Assembly (NCBI GenBank): GCA_963717145.1
Contig: OY970325.1
Location: 3,840,001 to 3,904,000 of the forward strand
DNA length: 64,000 nucleotides
DNA from: an uncultured Armatimonadetes bacterium
Lineage (GTDB): Bacteria > Armatimonadota > UBA5829 > DTJY01
Direction: 5' to 3'
A program made the translations under genes and the position numbers. Positions 49,259 through 60,200 of the stretch are shown here, piece by piece. Under the pieces are notes generated by a model. The model was given only the letters and a program-made list of their open reading frames with translations, had not been told where the DNA came from and made no database searches. Numbering within the stretch: the first letter of the stretch is position 1; every line of letters begins with the position of its first letter.

Positions 49259-50538
49259 GGTATCTCTAGTGCCTTTTCCGCCGCTTCGATCGTGCGGTCG
49301 ATGTCATCGTCCGTGTGGGCGTTCGAGACGAACGCCGCCTCGAACTGGCTCGGGGCGAGGTAGATCCCCTGGTCGAGCATCGCTCGGAAGAACGAGGCGT
49401 ACTTCGCCGTGTCGGAGGTCTTGGCCGTCGCGTAGTCCGTGACCGGCTGATCGGTGAAGAACGCGGTCATCATCGAGCCGACCCGGTTGATCCGCATCGG
49501 GACGTTACGGCTCACGGCCGCCTCGAGGAGCGCATCGGCGAGGCGGTAGGTCCTGCGGTCGAGGTCGTCGTAAGGCTTCTTGTCGCGGAGGATTCGGAGC
49601 GTCTCGATCCCCGCCGCGACCGCGACCGGATTCCCCGAGAGCGTCCCCGCCTGGTACACCGGCCCGAGCGGCGCGACCTGCTCCATGATCTCGCGCCGTC
49701 CGCCGTATGCGCCCATCGGCATCCCGCCGCCGATGATCTTCCCCAGAGTCGTCATGTCGGGGGTCACGCCGAACAGCTCCTGCGCGCCTCCATATGCGAG
49801 CCGGAAGCCGCTGATCACCTCGTCGAAGATCAGGAGGACGCCGTGCTTCTGCGTCAGCTCCCGGAGGCCCTCCAGGTAGCCCGGCTTCGGGGGGACGACG
49901 CCCATGTTGCCCGCGACCGGCTCGACTATTAGGCATGCGATCTCCTTGCCGGTCGAGTCGAAGAGCGTCCGGACGGCGTCGATGTCGTTGTACGGGAGCA
50001 CGATCGTGTCGGAGGTCGCCGCTGCGGGCACACCGGCGCTGTCCGGGATGCCGAGGGTCGCCACGCCCGATCCGGCCTTCGCCAGGAGGGAGTCGCCGTG
50101 CCCGTGGTATCCGCCCTCGGCCTTGACGATCTTGTCGCGGCCGGTGAACCCTCGTGCGAGCCGTACCGCGCTCATCACGGCCTCGGTCCCGGAGCTGACG
50201 AGGCGCACCATCTCCACGGAGGGCACCGCCTCGACGATCATCTTCGCCAGCACGACCTCGCCCTCGGTACTCGCGCCGAATGTCGCCCCATGCTCGGCGG
50301 CCTTCGTGACCGCGAAGACGACCTGCGGGTGGGCGTGCCCGAGGATCAGCGGTCCCCACGAGCAGACGTAATCGACATACTCGTTGTCATCCACGTCCCA
50401 GATGTGCGAGCCCTTGCCCCGGTGGATGAAGATCGGGCCGCCGCCGACCGCCTTGAACGCCCGGACCGGGCTGTTTACCCCGCCGGGGATGTACTTCTGT
50501 GCCTCTTCGAAAAGCCGTTCGGATGTCCTTGTGTTCAT
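49255..50538 (-). CDS. hemL: Glutamate-1-semialdehyde 2,1-aminomutase
   Basis: [25 protein letters not shown] and [10 protein letters not shown] motifs. Confidence 0.96.
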   Translation of the reverse strand: MNTRTSERLFEEAQKYIPGGVNSPVRAFKAVGGGPIFIHRGKGSHIWDVDDNEYVDYVCSWGPLILGHAHPQVVFAVTKAAEHGATFGASTEGEVVLAKMIVEAVPSVEMVRLVSSGTEAVMSAVRLARGFTGRDKIVKAEGGYHGHGDSLLAKAGSGVATLGIPDSAGVPAAATSDTIVLPYNDIDAVRTLFDSTGKEIACLIVEPVAGNMGVVPPKPGYLEGLRELTQKHGVLLIFDEVISGFRLAYGGAQELFGVTPDMTTLGKIIGGGMPMGAYGGRREIMEQVAPLGPVYQAGTLSGNPVAVAAGIETLRILRDKKPYDDLDRRTYRLADALLEAAVSRNVPMRINRVGSMMTAFFTDQPVTDYATAKTSDTAKYASFFRAMLDQGIYLAPSQFEAAFVSNAHTDDDIDRTIEAAEKALEIP

Positions 50539-50637
50539 GTCATACCTTCCTTGCTCCGATCTCCAGACGACTCCTGTCGTTGGCGGCCAGCCATCGACGA
50601 CAGGAGTCGTCTGGAGATCGGTCGCGCGTTGTCCGGG

Positions 50638-51609
50638 TCATTCATCACGCTTCGCCGCTTCGATGATCTGGAACGCCATCTGCAGCGTCTTCACATTGTC
50701 CTCGATGGAGCATTCGGGCGTCCTGTCCTCCTCGATCGCCGATGTGAACTCCCGAAGCACGCCGTTCCTGGTATACGCCGGCGGGTCGATCTCCGGGCCG
50801 TCGATCTCCGTTTGCTGACCGTCTCTGATGATGGACGACATCACGCCATCGGTGAGCAGTGCGCCGCGCTCGAACTCCAGATGCCAGCGCCCGTACCAGT
50901 CGGTTTCGCCGTGATGCGCTGCCCATCCTGCGAAGTAGTTCACCGTCACCTCGCCGGGGAACTCCATCACGCATTCCGCGCACGCATCCGCCTTCGTCCA
51001 GCTCCAGGGCGGGTTCCAGGTCTTCGCCCATATCTTCTCCGGTTCGGCGCCGATCGCAAACCTCATCAGGTCCAGGTGGTGGACGCACATCCCGAGGACG
51101 AGCCCATGAGGCATCTCCACGATGTGATGGCCCTGCATGTTCTCCGCCATGTGGTAGTAGACGTTCATGTATCCGAGCCCGCCAAGCTCGCCGGATGCGA
51201 TCGTCCGGCGCATGAGTTCCGATCCCGGGTACCAGCGGTAGTTCTGCCCGACCATGAGCTTGATTTTGCTCTGCCGATGCGCCTCCAGGATAGCCGTCAT
51301 CTCATCAGGGTAGATGGTCAGCGGCTTGTCGGCGAGGACGTGCAGGCCTGCGTCCATCGCGGCGATGATGTCCCCGGCGCGCCCCTTGTCCGGCGGGGTT
51401 AAGATGAACGCGGCGTCGGCCTCGACGTTCCCGAGCGATTCGTCGAGCGTGGCGTAGCACGATCCCGGTTCCGCGCCGAGGTCACTGACGGCATGATCCA
51501 GCGCGGCCGGATTCACGTCCACCCACGCGGCGATATCCCATCCGCCGTCACGGATCACCCGCGTCCAGCTCGATCCCCATCCACCGAGTCCGACAACGAT
51601 TGCTCTCAT
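50638..51609 (-). CDS. Gfo/Idh/MocA oxidoreductase
   Basis: VVGLGGWG, HVLADKP, GQNYR and MCVHHLD motifs. Confidence 0.85.
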   Translation of the reverse strand: MRAIVVGLGGWGSSWTRVIRDGGWDIAAWVDVNPAALDHAVSDLGAEPGSCYATLDESLGNVEADAAFILTPPDKGRAGDIIAAMDAGLHVLADKPLTIYPDEMTAILEAHRQSKIKLMVGQNYRWYPGSELMRRTIASGELGGLGYMNVYYHMAENMQGHHIVEMPHGLVLGMCVHHLDLMRFAIGAEPEKIWAKTWNPPWSWTKADACAECVMEFPGEVTVNYFAGWAAHHGETDWYGRWHLEFERGALLTDGVMSSIIRDGQQTEIDGPEIDPPAYTRNGVLREFTSAIEEDRTPECSIEDNVKTLQMAFQIIEAAKRDE

Positions 51610-51721
51610 GCCTTGCTCTCCGAGATATGCATGGCACTAGTTTACCAGAGGATCGGTTGGATTGGAAGCAGCAGGTCTGAAGGAATAACATCCTGAGACG
51701 GACAATGGTGGATTACCAAGT

Positions 51722-52207
51722 ATGCGGAGGAAGGTGTTGGCGAAGAGGACACTTCTGGTTGTATCAGCGATTCTTGTGGTAGCAGCGGTGATCTGTGGCT
51801 GCAGTTCCGGCAGCAAGATCGCCCAGGACGCGGTTCTGGCGCGAGATATCCTTGATTCAGTCTACGCGGGCTCCCTGACACCGCTCAGAGCGAAGATCGA
51901 TCCTACCTATGCCAAGATGATGCCGGATTTCGTGTCCGCAGGGACAGCATCGGTACTCAAGAAGGACTTCGGTCAGAGCAAGTCGGTCGCGTTCAAATCG
52001 TCCAGGAGGATTCAGTTGGGCGCAACCCAAGCGATCTGGACGGTGAGCGGATCTATTGCCTCTTATGAGATGAAGCTGGTTTTCGATAAGTCGGACAAGC
52101 TGATAGACATCGGTTTCAAGCCGGTGTCGGATCCAAAGTGGTCTACGGCGACCGAGATGGGGATCAGCCATGCGAAACAGCAGAAGAAGGCCGGGGCCGG
52201 TCGGTAA
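51722..52207 (+). CDS. Putative lipoprotein
   Basis: Basic N-terminus, hydrophobic stretch, lipobox-like ICGC. Confidence 0.65.
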   Translation: MRRKVLAKRTLLVVSAILVVAAVICGCSSGSKIAQDAVLARDILDSVYAGSLTPLRAKIDPTYAKMMPDFVSAGTASVLKKDFGQSKSVAFKSSRRIQLGATQAIWTVSGSIASYEMKLVFDKSDKLIDIGFKPVSDPKWSTATEMGISHAKQQKKAGAGR

Positions 52208-52232
52208 GAGAGTCGGCATCAATCGCGGTTGA

Positions 52233-53570
52233 TTACCCCAGAACCGCCTTCACGACCGCGCAGATGTCCCCGACCACCGAGCGGAGTTCGTCCATGTCGG
52301 GACCCTCGGCCATGACGCGGATGAGCTTCTCCGTGCCCGATGCCCGCACGAAGACCCGTCCCTTGCCCTTGAGCCGTTCCTCGCCCGCATGGATCGCCGC
52401 CTGGACTTCCGCGTTCTGCTCCCAGCCGGTCCGATCGCGGACAGGGACGCTTTCGAGCAACTGCGGGAACTCCTCCATCTGTCCCGCAAGCTCCGAGAGC
52501 GACTTGCCGCTCTCGATCATCACGTTCAGCACCTGAAGCGCGGTGATCATCCCGTCGCCGGTCTTCGTGTACTCGCCGAAGATCAGGTGCCCCGACTTCT
52601 CGCCGCCGAGCATCGCCCCTCGACGCCTCATCTCCTCCGAGACATATCGGTCGCCGACCGCCGCGCGCGCCAACTCGATCCCCGCGTTCTTGAGCGCCAG
52701 TTCGAGGCCGATGTTGCTCATCACCGTGCCGACGACCACGTTCCCCGGCAGACGTCCCTGCTCGGCCATGTGGAGGCCGCAGAACGCCATCACGTGATCG
52801 CCGTCGACCAGGTTGCCCTCCGCGTCGGAGAGAATCGCGCGGTCGGCGTCGCCGTCGAACGAGAAGCCGATCGTCGCGTCCGTCCCGGCGACCAGCTTGC
52901 GGATCCGGTCGGTATGGAGAGCGCCCCCATCACGGTTGATGTTCTCACCATCCGGCTGGGCATTGATGACTGCCACCGCCGCGCCAAGTTCTGCGAAGAG
53001 GTGAGGGGCTATGTTGGACGCCGAGCCGTTCGCGCAGTCGATCGCGATGCTGATCCCGTCGAGCCGATGAGGGAACGTCCGCTTCAGATGCTCGATGTAG
53101 CGGTCCACGAGGAAACTCGCGCGGTACATGCGGCCGACGCCCGGGCCGTCGGGGAACGGAAGCTCGTCGAACCGCCCGACTTGCGCCTCGATCTCGGCCT
53201 CGATGTCATCGGATAGTTTGTGGCCGTCCGGGCCGAAAAACTTGATCCCATTGTCGCGCATCGGATTATGGGAGGCCGAGATGACCACGCCTGCATCGGC
53301 GTCGATCAGCCTGGCGAGGTATGCGACCGCCGGGGTGGGGATGACACCGACGAGGTGGATATCGACGCCAAGCGCGCAGACTCCCGCCGCGAGCGCGCTC
53401 TCCAGCACGTCGCCCGAGATGCGAGGGTCGCGACCGACGAGGATCTTCGCGCCCTCATGTTTGCTGCGCAGGACGTATGCCGCCGCCGCGCCAAGTCGAA
53501 GCGCCAGGTTCGCGCTCAACTCGGTATTCGCCACTCCGCGCACGCCGTCCGTTCCAAAGAGTCGTTGCAT
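52233..53570 (-). CDS. glmM: Phosphoglucosamine mutase
   Basis: FGTDGVRG, ISASHNP, DGDADR and RASGTE motifs. Confidence 0.96.
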   Translation of the reverse strand: MQRLFGTDGVRGVANTELSANLALRLGAAAAYVLRSKHEGAKILVGRDPRISGDVLESALAAGVCALGVDIHLVGVIPTPAVAYLARLIDADAGVVISASHNPMRDNGIKFFGPDGHKLSDDIEAEIEAQVGRFDELPFPDGPGVGRMYRASFLVDRYIEHLKRTFPHRLDGISIAIDCANGSASNIAPHLFAELGAAVAVINAQPDGENINRDGGALHTDRIRKLVAGTDATIGFSFDGDADRAILSDAEGNLVDGDHVMAFCGLHMAEQGRLPGNVVVGTVMSNIGLELALKNAGIELARAAVGDRYVSEEMRRRGAMLGGEKSGHLIFGEYTKTGDGMITALQVLNVMIESGKSLSELAGQMEEFPQLLESVPVRDRTGWEQNAEVQAAIHAGEERLKGKGRVFVRASGTEKLIRVMAEGPDMDELRSVVGDICAVVKAVLG

Positions 53571-53585
53571 TCGGGACTCCGATCA

Positions 53586-53630
53586 GGGGAATGAAAAATG
53601 CAAAATGAAAAGTTCAAAAGTCAAAATGGC
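53586..53630. repeat. AATG(A/C)AA heptamer array (arm 1 of the four-helix cassette)
   Basis: AATGAAA AATGCAA AATGAAA AGTTCAA AAGTCAA. Confidence 0.8.
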
Positions 53631-53649
53631 GGACGCGGAGGTCCGATGG

Positions 53650-54018
53650 TTAGCGAGATGGCGCGTTGGATTTCGCCGTAATGATCGATTGCGCGACAAT
53701 CTTGCATAGTTGCTCAGCTTCGGAGAGCGCCGATCTGCAATCCACTCCGGACTTGAGTTCCGCGTGCTTGATCAATCTTAGCCAGAATCTCGATTCCCTG
53801 AGTTCCTTGAGGGCGATCCGCAGCTTGTGAATGAAGTCGGCCCGACTCTCTGCCGCACAAGCTTCCTCGTAATTGGCAGCGGAGGATGTGCCGGATCTCA
53901 GAAGCTGTCCGCCAACATGTCTACCGGCGGTAGTTCTGGGGAGAGCGTTCACAACCCGCACGACCTCCACCGCAAAATCGAACAGCCTATCTTCTAGCTT
54001 AGGCACGTCCTCGCGCAT
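53650..54018 (-). CDS. Four-helix bundle protein (23S rRNA IVP / TIGR02436-like)
   Basis: QLLRSGTSSAANYEEA and DFIHKLRIALKELRESRFWL motifs. Confidence 0.9.
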   Translation of the reverse strand: MREDVPKLEDRLFDFAVEVVRVVNALPRTTAGRHVGGQLLRSGTSSAANYEEACAAESRADFIHKLRIALKELRESRFWLRLIKHAELKSGVDCRSALSEAEQLCKIVAQSIITAKSNAPSR

Positions 54019-54044
54019 AGTTCACCTAGCCTCTGAGACTGATC

Positions 54045-54091
54045 TGCAATTTTGCATTTTGCACTTTACACTTTGCATTTTTCATTTTCCC
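54045..54091. repeat. TTTTGCA heptamer array (arm 2, inverted relative to arm 1)
   Basis: TTTTGCA TTTTGCA CTTTACA CTTTGCA TTTTTCA. Confidence 0.8.
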
Positions 54092-55047
54092 TATCCGCCC
54101 TCTGCCACGCCGATGCGGACCGTGATGATGGCGACTCGTCCATTCGCGAGCGATGATCCCGGAGGTGCGATGAGTTGAACGCGCTGGGAGAATGTCTTCG
54201 TATGAGGGCCGAGTGCAAGCGGCTCCGTCGATACCGTGCTGATCTCCATCAGCCGTTCCGGGCGGCCGTTCAGCGTGACCGACTGCGGTTTCACCTCGAT
54301 GCCGACGACCTTGTAGGGGAACGCGGGCCGGCCCGCGATGTTCGGGCTGACGAAGACCACCTTGCTGACCGGCGCTCGTTCGAGTTCAAGACGCACCCGG
54401 GCATTCTGCGCGCTGATCGTGACGCCGCCGACCTCCTGCCCCGCTTCGTCAACCGCCTTCATGGGCAGTTCGGCGTCTATCACGCCTCGATCGGACTTGG
54501 TCGCCGGATCGATGGTGACAACGACTCGGCTGACCTTCCGGACCTGTTCCGCCTTGCCGGACACGTTCACGGTACCGGGCGAGATCACCGGGGCGCTGAA
54601 CCTGAAACCCACCGGCGGCGATGATGTGAACTCAGTCTCGACCTTCGCCGACTTCCGCGCTGTTCTCTCGATGTCGATCACTACCTGGGCCGGAGACGGA
54701 GCGGTGGAGACGAGGCCGGTGTAGCCCTCGGGGAGTTTCGCAATCACCGGCAGCCGATAGTGACCCTCGCGCTTCTGGTTCAGGAAGACGTTCGCGGTCA
54801 CCGAATCCGGCTCGGCGACTATCGTGTCGATGTATTCCTTGGGGCCTTCGAGCGTGACCTTGACGAGCTGCGGCTTCGATGTGATCACCAGGCCGCCGCC
54901 CAGGTTGCGCATCGTCACGGGAAGCGACAGTTCACGAGTCACCCGTGCGGCTTGGCGTCCCTGGTCGACGTACTGGTTTACGTACGCCCAGACCAGTATG
55001 GCTATCAGCAGCGAGAGCAGTTTGTAGCCGATGTTATGCTTGATCAT
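54091..55047 (-). CDS. cdaR: CdaR/YbbR-domain protein
   Basis: KLLSLLIAILVWAYV TM segment followed by three YbbR-like repeats; ATGA overlap with cdaA. Confidence 0.85.
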   Translation of the reverse strand: MIKHNIGYKLLSLLIAILVWAYVNQYVDQGRQAARVTRELSLPVTMRNLGGGLVITSKPQLVKVTLEGPKEYIDTIVAEPDSVTANVFLNQKREGHYRLPVIAKLPEGYTGLVSTAPSPAQVVIDIERTARKSAKVETEFTSSPPVGFRFSAPVISPGTVNVSGKAEQVRKVSRVVVTIDPATKSDRGVIDAELPMKAVDEAGQEVGGVTISAQNARVRLELERAPVSKVVFVSPNIAGRPAFPYKVVGIEVKPQSVTLNGRPERLMEISTVSTEPLALGPHTKTFSQRVQLIAPPGSSLANGRVAIITVRIGVAEGG

Positions 55048-55937
55048 TTCGTTCTCTGGCCGAGACCATCGCTTCCGGTCCAAACCTTCGATAAAGCGGT
55101 CGAGACTCTGCGGCGCAGATGCGATCTGGCATCCCCATCAGGGCCGGCCTGGAACAGGCTGAGCAGTTTCGCTTTCGTCTGCTCGGGGGTCAGCCCTCGC
55201 AGCAGAAGGCCCTCGGTGGAGATGGAAATCGTGCCGGTCTCCTCGGATACCACCAGCACTACCGCGTCGCTCTGTTCAGTGACGCCGACAGCGGCCTTAT
55301 GCCTGGTATGGATCATCGTGCCGATCCTCGGGCTGTCACTGAGTGGGAGGATGCACCCCGCGGCTACGATCCGGTCGCCTCGTACGATCACCGCGCCGTC
55401 GTGCAGAGGGCTACCGGGGTGGAAGATGGTTCTCAGCAACTCGGACGATACTTCGGCGTCGATCGCTTTCCCGGTGGCCAGTATTGTGTCGAGGCCGACC
55501 TCGCGCTCGACGACGATCAGGATGCCGGTCTGCGATCTCGACGCATCGGTGGCGACCTGGGTCAGCTCTTCCACGAGGTTGTTGATGTCCTCGCGGCCAA
55601 GCATGACGAAGCCGTCGCCGAGGAACTTCAGGCGTCCGACCTCCTCGAGCGCGTGCCTCAACTCCGGGTAAAACAAGATGACGAGAGCGACAGGGCCGAG
55701 TGGGAGGAATACCTGCAGCAGCCAGTTGAGCGCCTGCAGGTTGAGCCATTTGCTGATGACCACGGCGAGGGAGAAGATGCCCAGTCCCCAGAGGATCTGC
55801 CAGGCCCTCGTCCCTTTGACGAGCATCATGAGCTTGTAGGTCACGACGGTGACGACGAGTACGTCCGCGACCGTCGTCAGCAGACTCACGTAGTTCACAT
55901 CGGCGAGTTGCGAAAACCAGCCAATAATGGCTCCCAT
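55044..55937 (-). CDS. cdaA: Diadenylate cyclase CdaA
   Basis: Three TM segments; PLHDGAVI and TRHKAAVG motifs; VVSEETG. Confidence 0.93.
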   Translation of the reverse strand: MGAIIGWFSQLADVNYVSLLTTVADVLVVTVVTYKLMMLVKGTRAWQILWGLGIFSLAVVISKWLNLQALNWLLQVFLPLGPVALVILFYPELRHALEEVGRLKFLGDGFVMLGREDINNLVEELTQVATDASRSQTGILIVVEREVGLDTILATGKAIDAEVSSELLRTIFHPGSPLHDGAVIVRGDRIVAAGCILPLSDSPRIGTMIHTRHKAAVGVTEQSDAVVLVVSEETGTISISTEGLLLRGLTPEQTKAKLLSLFQAGPDGDARSHLRRRVSTALSKVWTGSDGLGQRTK

Positions 55938-56028
55938 CCTGCTGCTCCCAATAGTGAAATTCGGTGGAATCTCACCGGGAAAGTATATCATAGGCGCTGT
56001 GCATAATCAACACGAGTCGCAAACCTCC

Positions 56029-56119
56029 CAGGGCGAACGCATCAAGACACGACGATGCTTCGGCAGCAGAGCGAAGTGGCGCTACCGAAGCATCGTCGTG
56101 TCTTGATGCGTTCGCCCTG
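56029..56119. repeat. REP-like doublet (~39-bp arms); a related single copy lies at ~38374..38412 upstream of dnaA
   Basis: CAGGGCGAACGCATCAAGACACGACGATGCTTCGG and its reverse complement. Confidence 0.8.
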
Positions 56120-56215
56120 CAGACCTTCCTTCTGTTCTACAGACCGTTTGGTTGCACTACGAGTCTGAATACGGTATGATCAGGGTGTGACTCATCATCC
56201 CGTCGAGGCTGACCT

Positions 56216-57124
56216 ATGACAGGTTATACCAAACATGGCAGGTTGATCATCAGCGGGGGGCTGGTCGTGTTTCTTCTTGCATCGGTCCTGTCCCTGATGA
56301 TCGTCCGTTCGAACGCCCTCCATGCGAATCGCCCGCACTCCAGTCAGTCTCCCGCGAACCAGGTGACTTCGGTCGCGCCTCAGAAGCATCCGGCTCAGAC
56401 CGTGCCGGTCAGCGAAGCCACTTCGAAGCCCAGTCCTCCTCACACTCCCACGTCAAAGGTCACTGTGCGGACCCCCATGGACCTGGTAGTCGAGGCAAGC
56501 ATCCTCAGGCAGGGCGACCCGGAATCGAAAATGGTGGCGCTGACCTTCGATGACGGTCCGCATCCGGCCTATACCCACCACTTGCTCGCGATTCTCGATC
56601 GCTATCACGTAAAGGCGACATTCTTCGTGGTCGGCAAGATGGCCGCAAGACACCCCGAGTCAGTCCGGGAGATATTCGATGCCGGGCATGTCGTCGGCAA
56701 CCACACGTGGGGTCACCGACGTCTATCCAAGTTGTCGGACCCATCGATCGCCGCCGAGTGGGAGCAGTGCCGGGCGATCCTGTACTCCATCACCGGCGAG
56801 CGCGCTGTCTACTGCCGGCCGCCGGGATGCTCCTCGAGTGCGGATGTCGTCCTTTCCGCCGGGCGTCAGGGGATGACCACGGTGCTCTATACCGTCAACG
56901 GGAGGGACTACTCGCTGCCCGGCAAGAACGTGATCCTGAATCGGTTGCTCAGCCTGGTAAAGGGCGGCGATATCATCCTGCTGCACGACGGCGTTCAGCA
57001 AACGATCGACATCATGCCGAAGCTTATCGAAACCCTCGAATCCCGCGGGTACGAATTCGTGACTGTAGCGCAGATGGATGCATCCCACCCGCCGTCAGCG
57101 AGCCCCAGCCGAGAATCTGATTGA
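56216..57124 (+). CDS. Polysaccharide deacetylase (CE4/NodB), membrane anchored
   Basis: LTFDDGP, GNHTWGH, RPPG and ILLHDG motifs; TTGCAC-17-TATGAT promoter at 56152..56180. Confidence 0.9.
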   Translation: MTGYTKHGRLIISGGLVVFLLASVLSLMIVRSNALHANRPHSSQSPANQVTSVAPQKHPAQTVPVSEATSKPSPPHTPTSKVTVRTPMDLVVEASILRQGDPESKMVALTFDDGPHPAYTHHLLAILDRYHVKATFFVVGKMAARHPESVREIFDAGHVVGNHTWGHRRLSKLSDPSIAAEWEQCRAILYSITGERAVYCRPPGCSSSADVVLSAGRQGMTTVLYTVNGRDYSLPGKNVILNRLLSLVKGGDIILLHDGVQQTIDIMPKLIETLESRGYEFVTVAQMDASHPPSASPSRESD

Positions 57125-57235
57125 CCGGACGGCGAGGATAGGGTATAATGCCTCTGGTCCCCCCGCACAAAGCTTCACGCCTCCTGCCGTCATGTTGACG
57201 AGCGGACGGTGAAAGTAAGGCAAGGCGTTTTCCCC

Positions 57236-60200
57236 ATGGGCAAGTTGGCGTTCGCGGTACTGCTATTCCTGCTAACCTGTTCTGTCCTCCTCGCGGGCGG
57301 GGGGAGACACAACGTGTTGGTCGTGGTGAATGACAACAGCCCTGTGTCGAAGGCGATCGGCGAGTATTACCGCGCAGCACGAAACATCCCTCCGGCCAAT
57401 GTCTGCCACATCACGTGCTCCACCGACGAGTACAACAGCGACAACTTCGAGAGCGAGATCCTCTATCCTATCGAGAGTTACCTGACTGCGCACGGCCTCG
57501 TGAACCAGATTCAGTATATCGTGCTGACCAAAGGCATCCCACTGAAGGTTTCTTCCACCGGCAACTCCGTCGACAGCAGCCTGTCCCTCGCGTTCCAGAG
57601 GTGGAGCGATGGGGTTAGCCCCTGCATCGAGCGTGCCGACAACCCGTATGTTGCCGTGGACCGAGACTTCGGCGCGTTCAGGGATTCGAGCGCCAACAGG
57701 ATCCCCTGGAGCACTCTTACGCCGCTCCGGGACATTGCTCCCAGAGGCGATGGCGCTATCTTTGCTGTTGGAGGCCGTTTCATCGCCCGGAGCACCAATG
57801 GAGTGGACTGGGAGGAGATGCCTGAGGCCGGCTGTTCCGAGGTGCTGACGCCCCTGACCAGGGCCTATTTCCTCAACGCCACGACAGGTTGGGCGGTTGG
57901 AGAACGGGACACCATCCTGAGGACGGTTGACGGTGGCTCGACCTGGCAGAGAGTCCGAGGTGGGCAGTCATCGGACGAGACCACGCTGTCGGCGGTCTGG
58001 TTCACTTCTGCGACGAACGGGTGGGTTGTCGGGGAAGATCAGTATGGCGAGCCGTTGGCCCTCCATAGCACAGACGGAGGTGTCACCTGGGCTCCGCAGT
58101 CGATCGGCGCCACAAACCCACTGCAAGACGTGTTCTTCACGGACAGCCTGAACGGCTGGGTGGTCGGCGATGCGGATATGCTCCGGTCGACCGATGGCGG
58201 AGAGACTTGGGTATCCGCACGAAACGGCGCGCCGGAGGGAATGCTCAGCAGAGTCTTCTTCGCCGACGCCGACAATGGCTGGGCGACCGGCGCTGAGACT
58301 CTGCTGTGCCGCACCGTAGATGGAGGCGACACGTGGGTGAGGCAGCAGATCCCGGGGCTGCTCGAGCAGACACTGATGGACTGCCATTTCATCGACAGCA
58401 ACACCGGATGGATCGTCACCAACTGCGCTTACGACGAGGGGGAGACCTCGAGCGGGCGGCTTCTGCGCACCACGGATGGCGGCGTCACCTGGACCACTCT
58501 TCAGTCCGGTGAGGTCGATCGGCAGGCCGTCTACTTTGCGGATTCACAGACGGGTTGGTATGTTCAGGCAAGGTCCGACGAAGAACCCTGGAACAACGTC
58601 ATCTACAGGTCGACGGACGGCGGAGCCGGCAGGACAAGGGTTTTTGCCAACCATCCGTGGACGGTGAAGCTCATGTACCTTGTGTGCCGCCTCGATTCCT
58701 ATGAGACCGACACCAGAGACGGCGGAAACGGCGTCCCGGATGACATCGAGGACATGATCGCCGGCTCACTCGCGCCTGATCCGACCGGGCAGTTCGTCAT
58801 CGATGCATCCACAGGCAACTACCAGAGCGGCAATCTCTCCCTGGCAGATACTGCGAGTCGGCTTCTCAGTCGTGGTCTGAACGTGCTCTTCGATCAGAGC
58901 TGGAAGTTCGTGAGTGGCGCTTACCCGGGCATCGGCCAGGTTGCCGGATACGCCGGTTGGGGGAGCAACGACGGGGGGTCATTGTGGAGTTCCGAGTGGG
59001 GCAAACCGAACTTCGCCTGGAAGCCGGGTTCGATCGCCATGTGCTACGTGTCGTCCGACGGCCGATCGTTCAGTAAGCCGCCCGCGTATCTCCGTTGCTC
59101 ATCGAATTCCATACTTGACGAAGGCCGGTCTTTCAGTAATTCGAATGTCATCCAGCTATACAACGTCTATTCCGGCTGGGTTGCGAAACTCCATGATCCG
59201 AGCGGCGACGTCGTTTCCAGCGCGTCCTTCGCGAGCGGCGGGATCGAACTCCCCTGCGCCGGTCCTGCGGAAGGGTACATCCAGGTCTACCGGCCTGATG
59301 GGGTCGCTCCGATATGTGGCGGCAGATACCCCGCCTCCGGCACTGCGACGCTGGTGGGAGGAAGGGCGTACAGATACTCGACCGGGCAGTCCCTCATAGC
59401 GGACTACATCTCTGAAGGCTGTTCCGCCGCCGTGGGCTCCGTGGCCGAGCCGGGGTTCAGGTGCACATACCCGGAACTGACCTTCCCCAGGTACGTGGAC
59501 GGCTATATGTGGGCGGAAAGCGCCTGGATGGGCATAACGTCCACGCCGTGGATGTATCTCGCTGTCGGCGATCCGCTCATGGCGCCCTACGCGACTCCTC
59601 CTTCGGTGAGCATCACCTCGCCCGGACTCGACGGCCAGGTGCTCAACGGCACAGTGGAAGTGGAGGTGACGGCCGCGGATGCGCAGGGGATCGCCAGGGT
59701 CGAGCTATGGGTGGATGACAGGTATCACAGTGCCGTCGCCGGCCCCGGACCGACATTCAGCCTGCCGCTCGACACGGAGTCTCTTTCCGATGGCCCGCAT
59801 ACCCTGGAGGCGATCGCATACGAGGCGGGCAAGGTCGCCACTCAGGCTTACGCGCTGAGGTCGGTCATCACGGCGAATGCGGATTCGGTGACGGACCTGT
59901 TCAGCGTGCCCGATGGAATTCCCGTGCACTTGCAGGCCGCCACTGTCAGCAGAGTGTTTCCATCCACCGGCTACATCTACGTCCAGGAGGGTCAGGCCTC
60001 AGGCATCAGAGTAGTCTCCGGCGAGCTGCCCGCGGAGGGCGAAGTAGTGAGTGTCGTCGGGGTGCTCCACACCGGCGCAGGGGCCGAAAGATACATCGAG
60101 ACCGATACCCTCACTGTCACGTCCGGCGGCGGATCGATCCCGCGCGCGGTGGGCATGGGGAACGGCTCACTCGGAGGGAATTCCCTGGGCAGCGCATCGG

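Noticed and set aside
53650-54018. Diversity-generating retroelement, because of the Avd-like fold
   Set aside because: No reverse transcriptase or TR/VR repeat pair is visible in the window.
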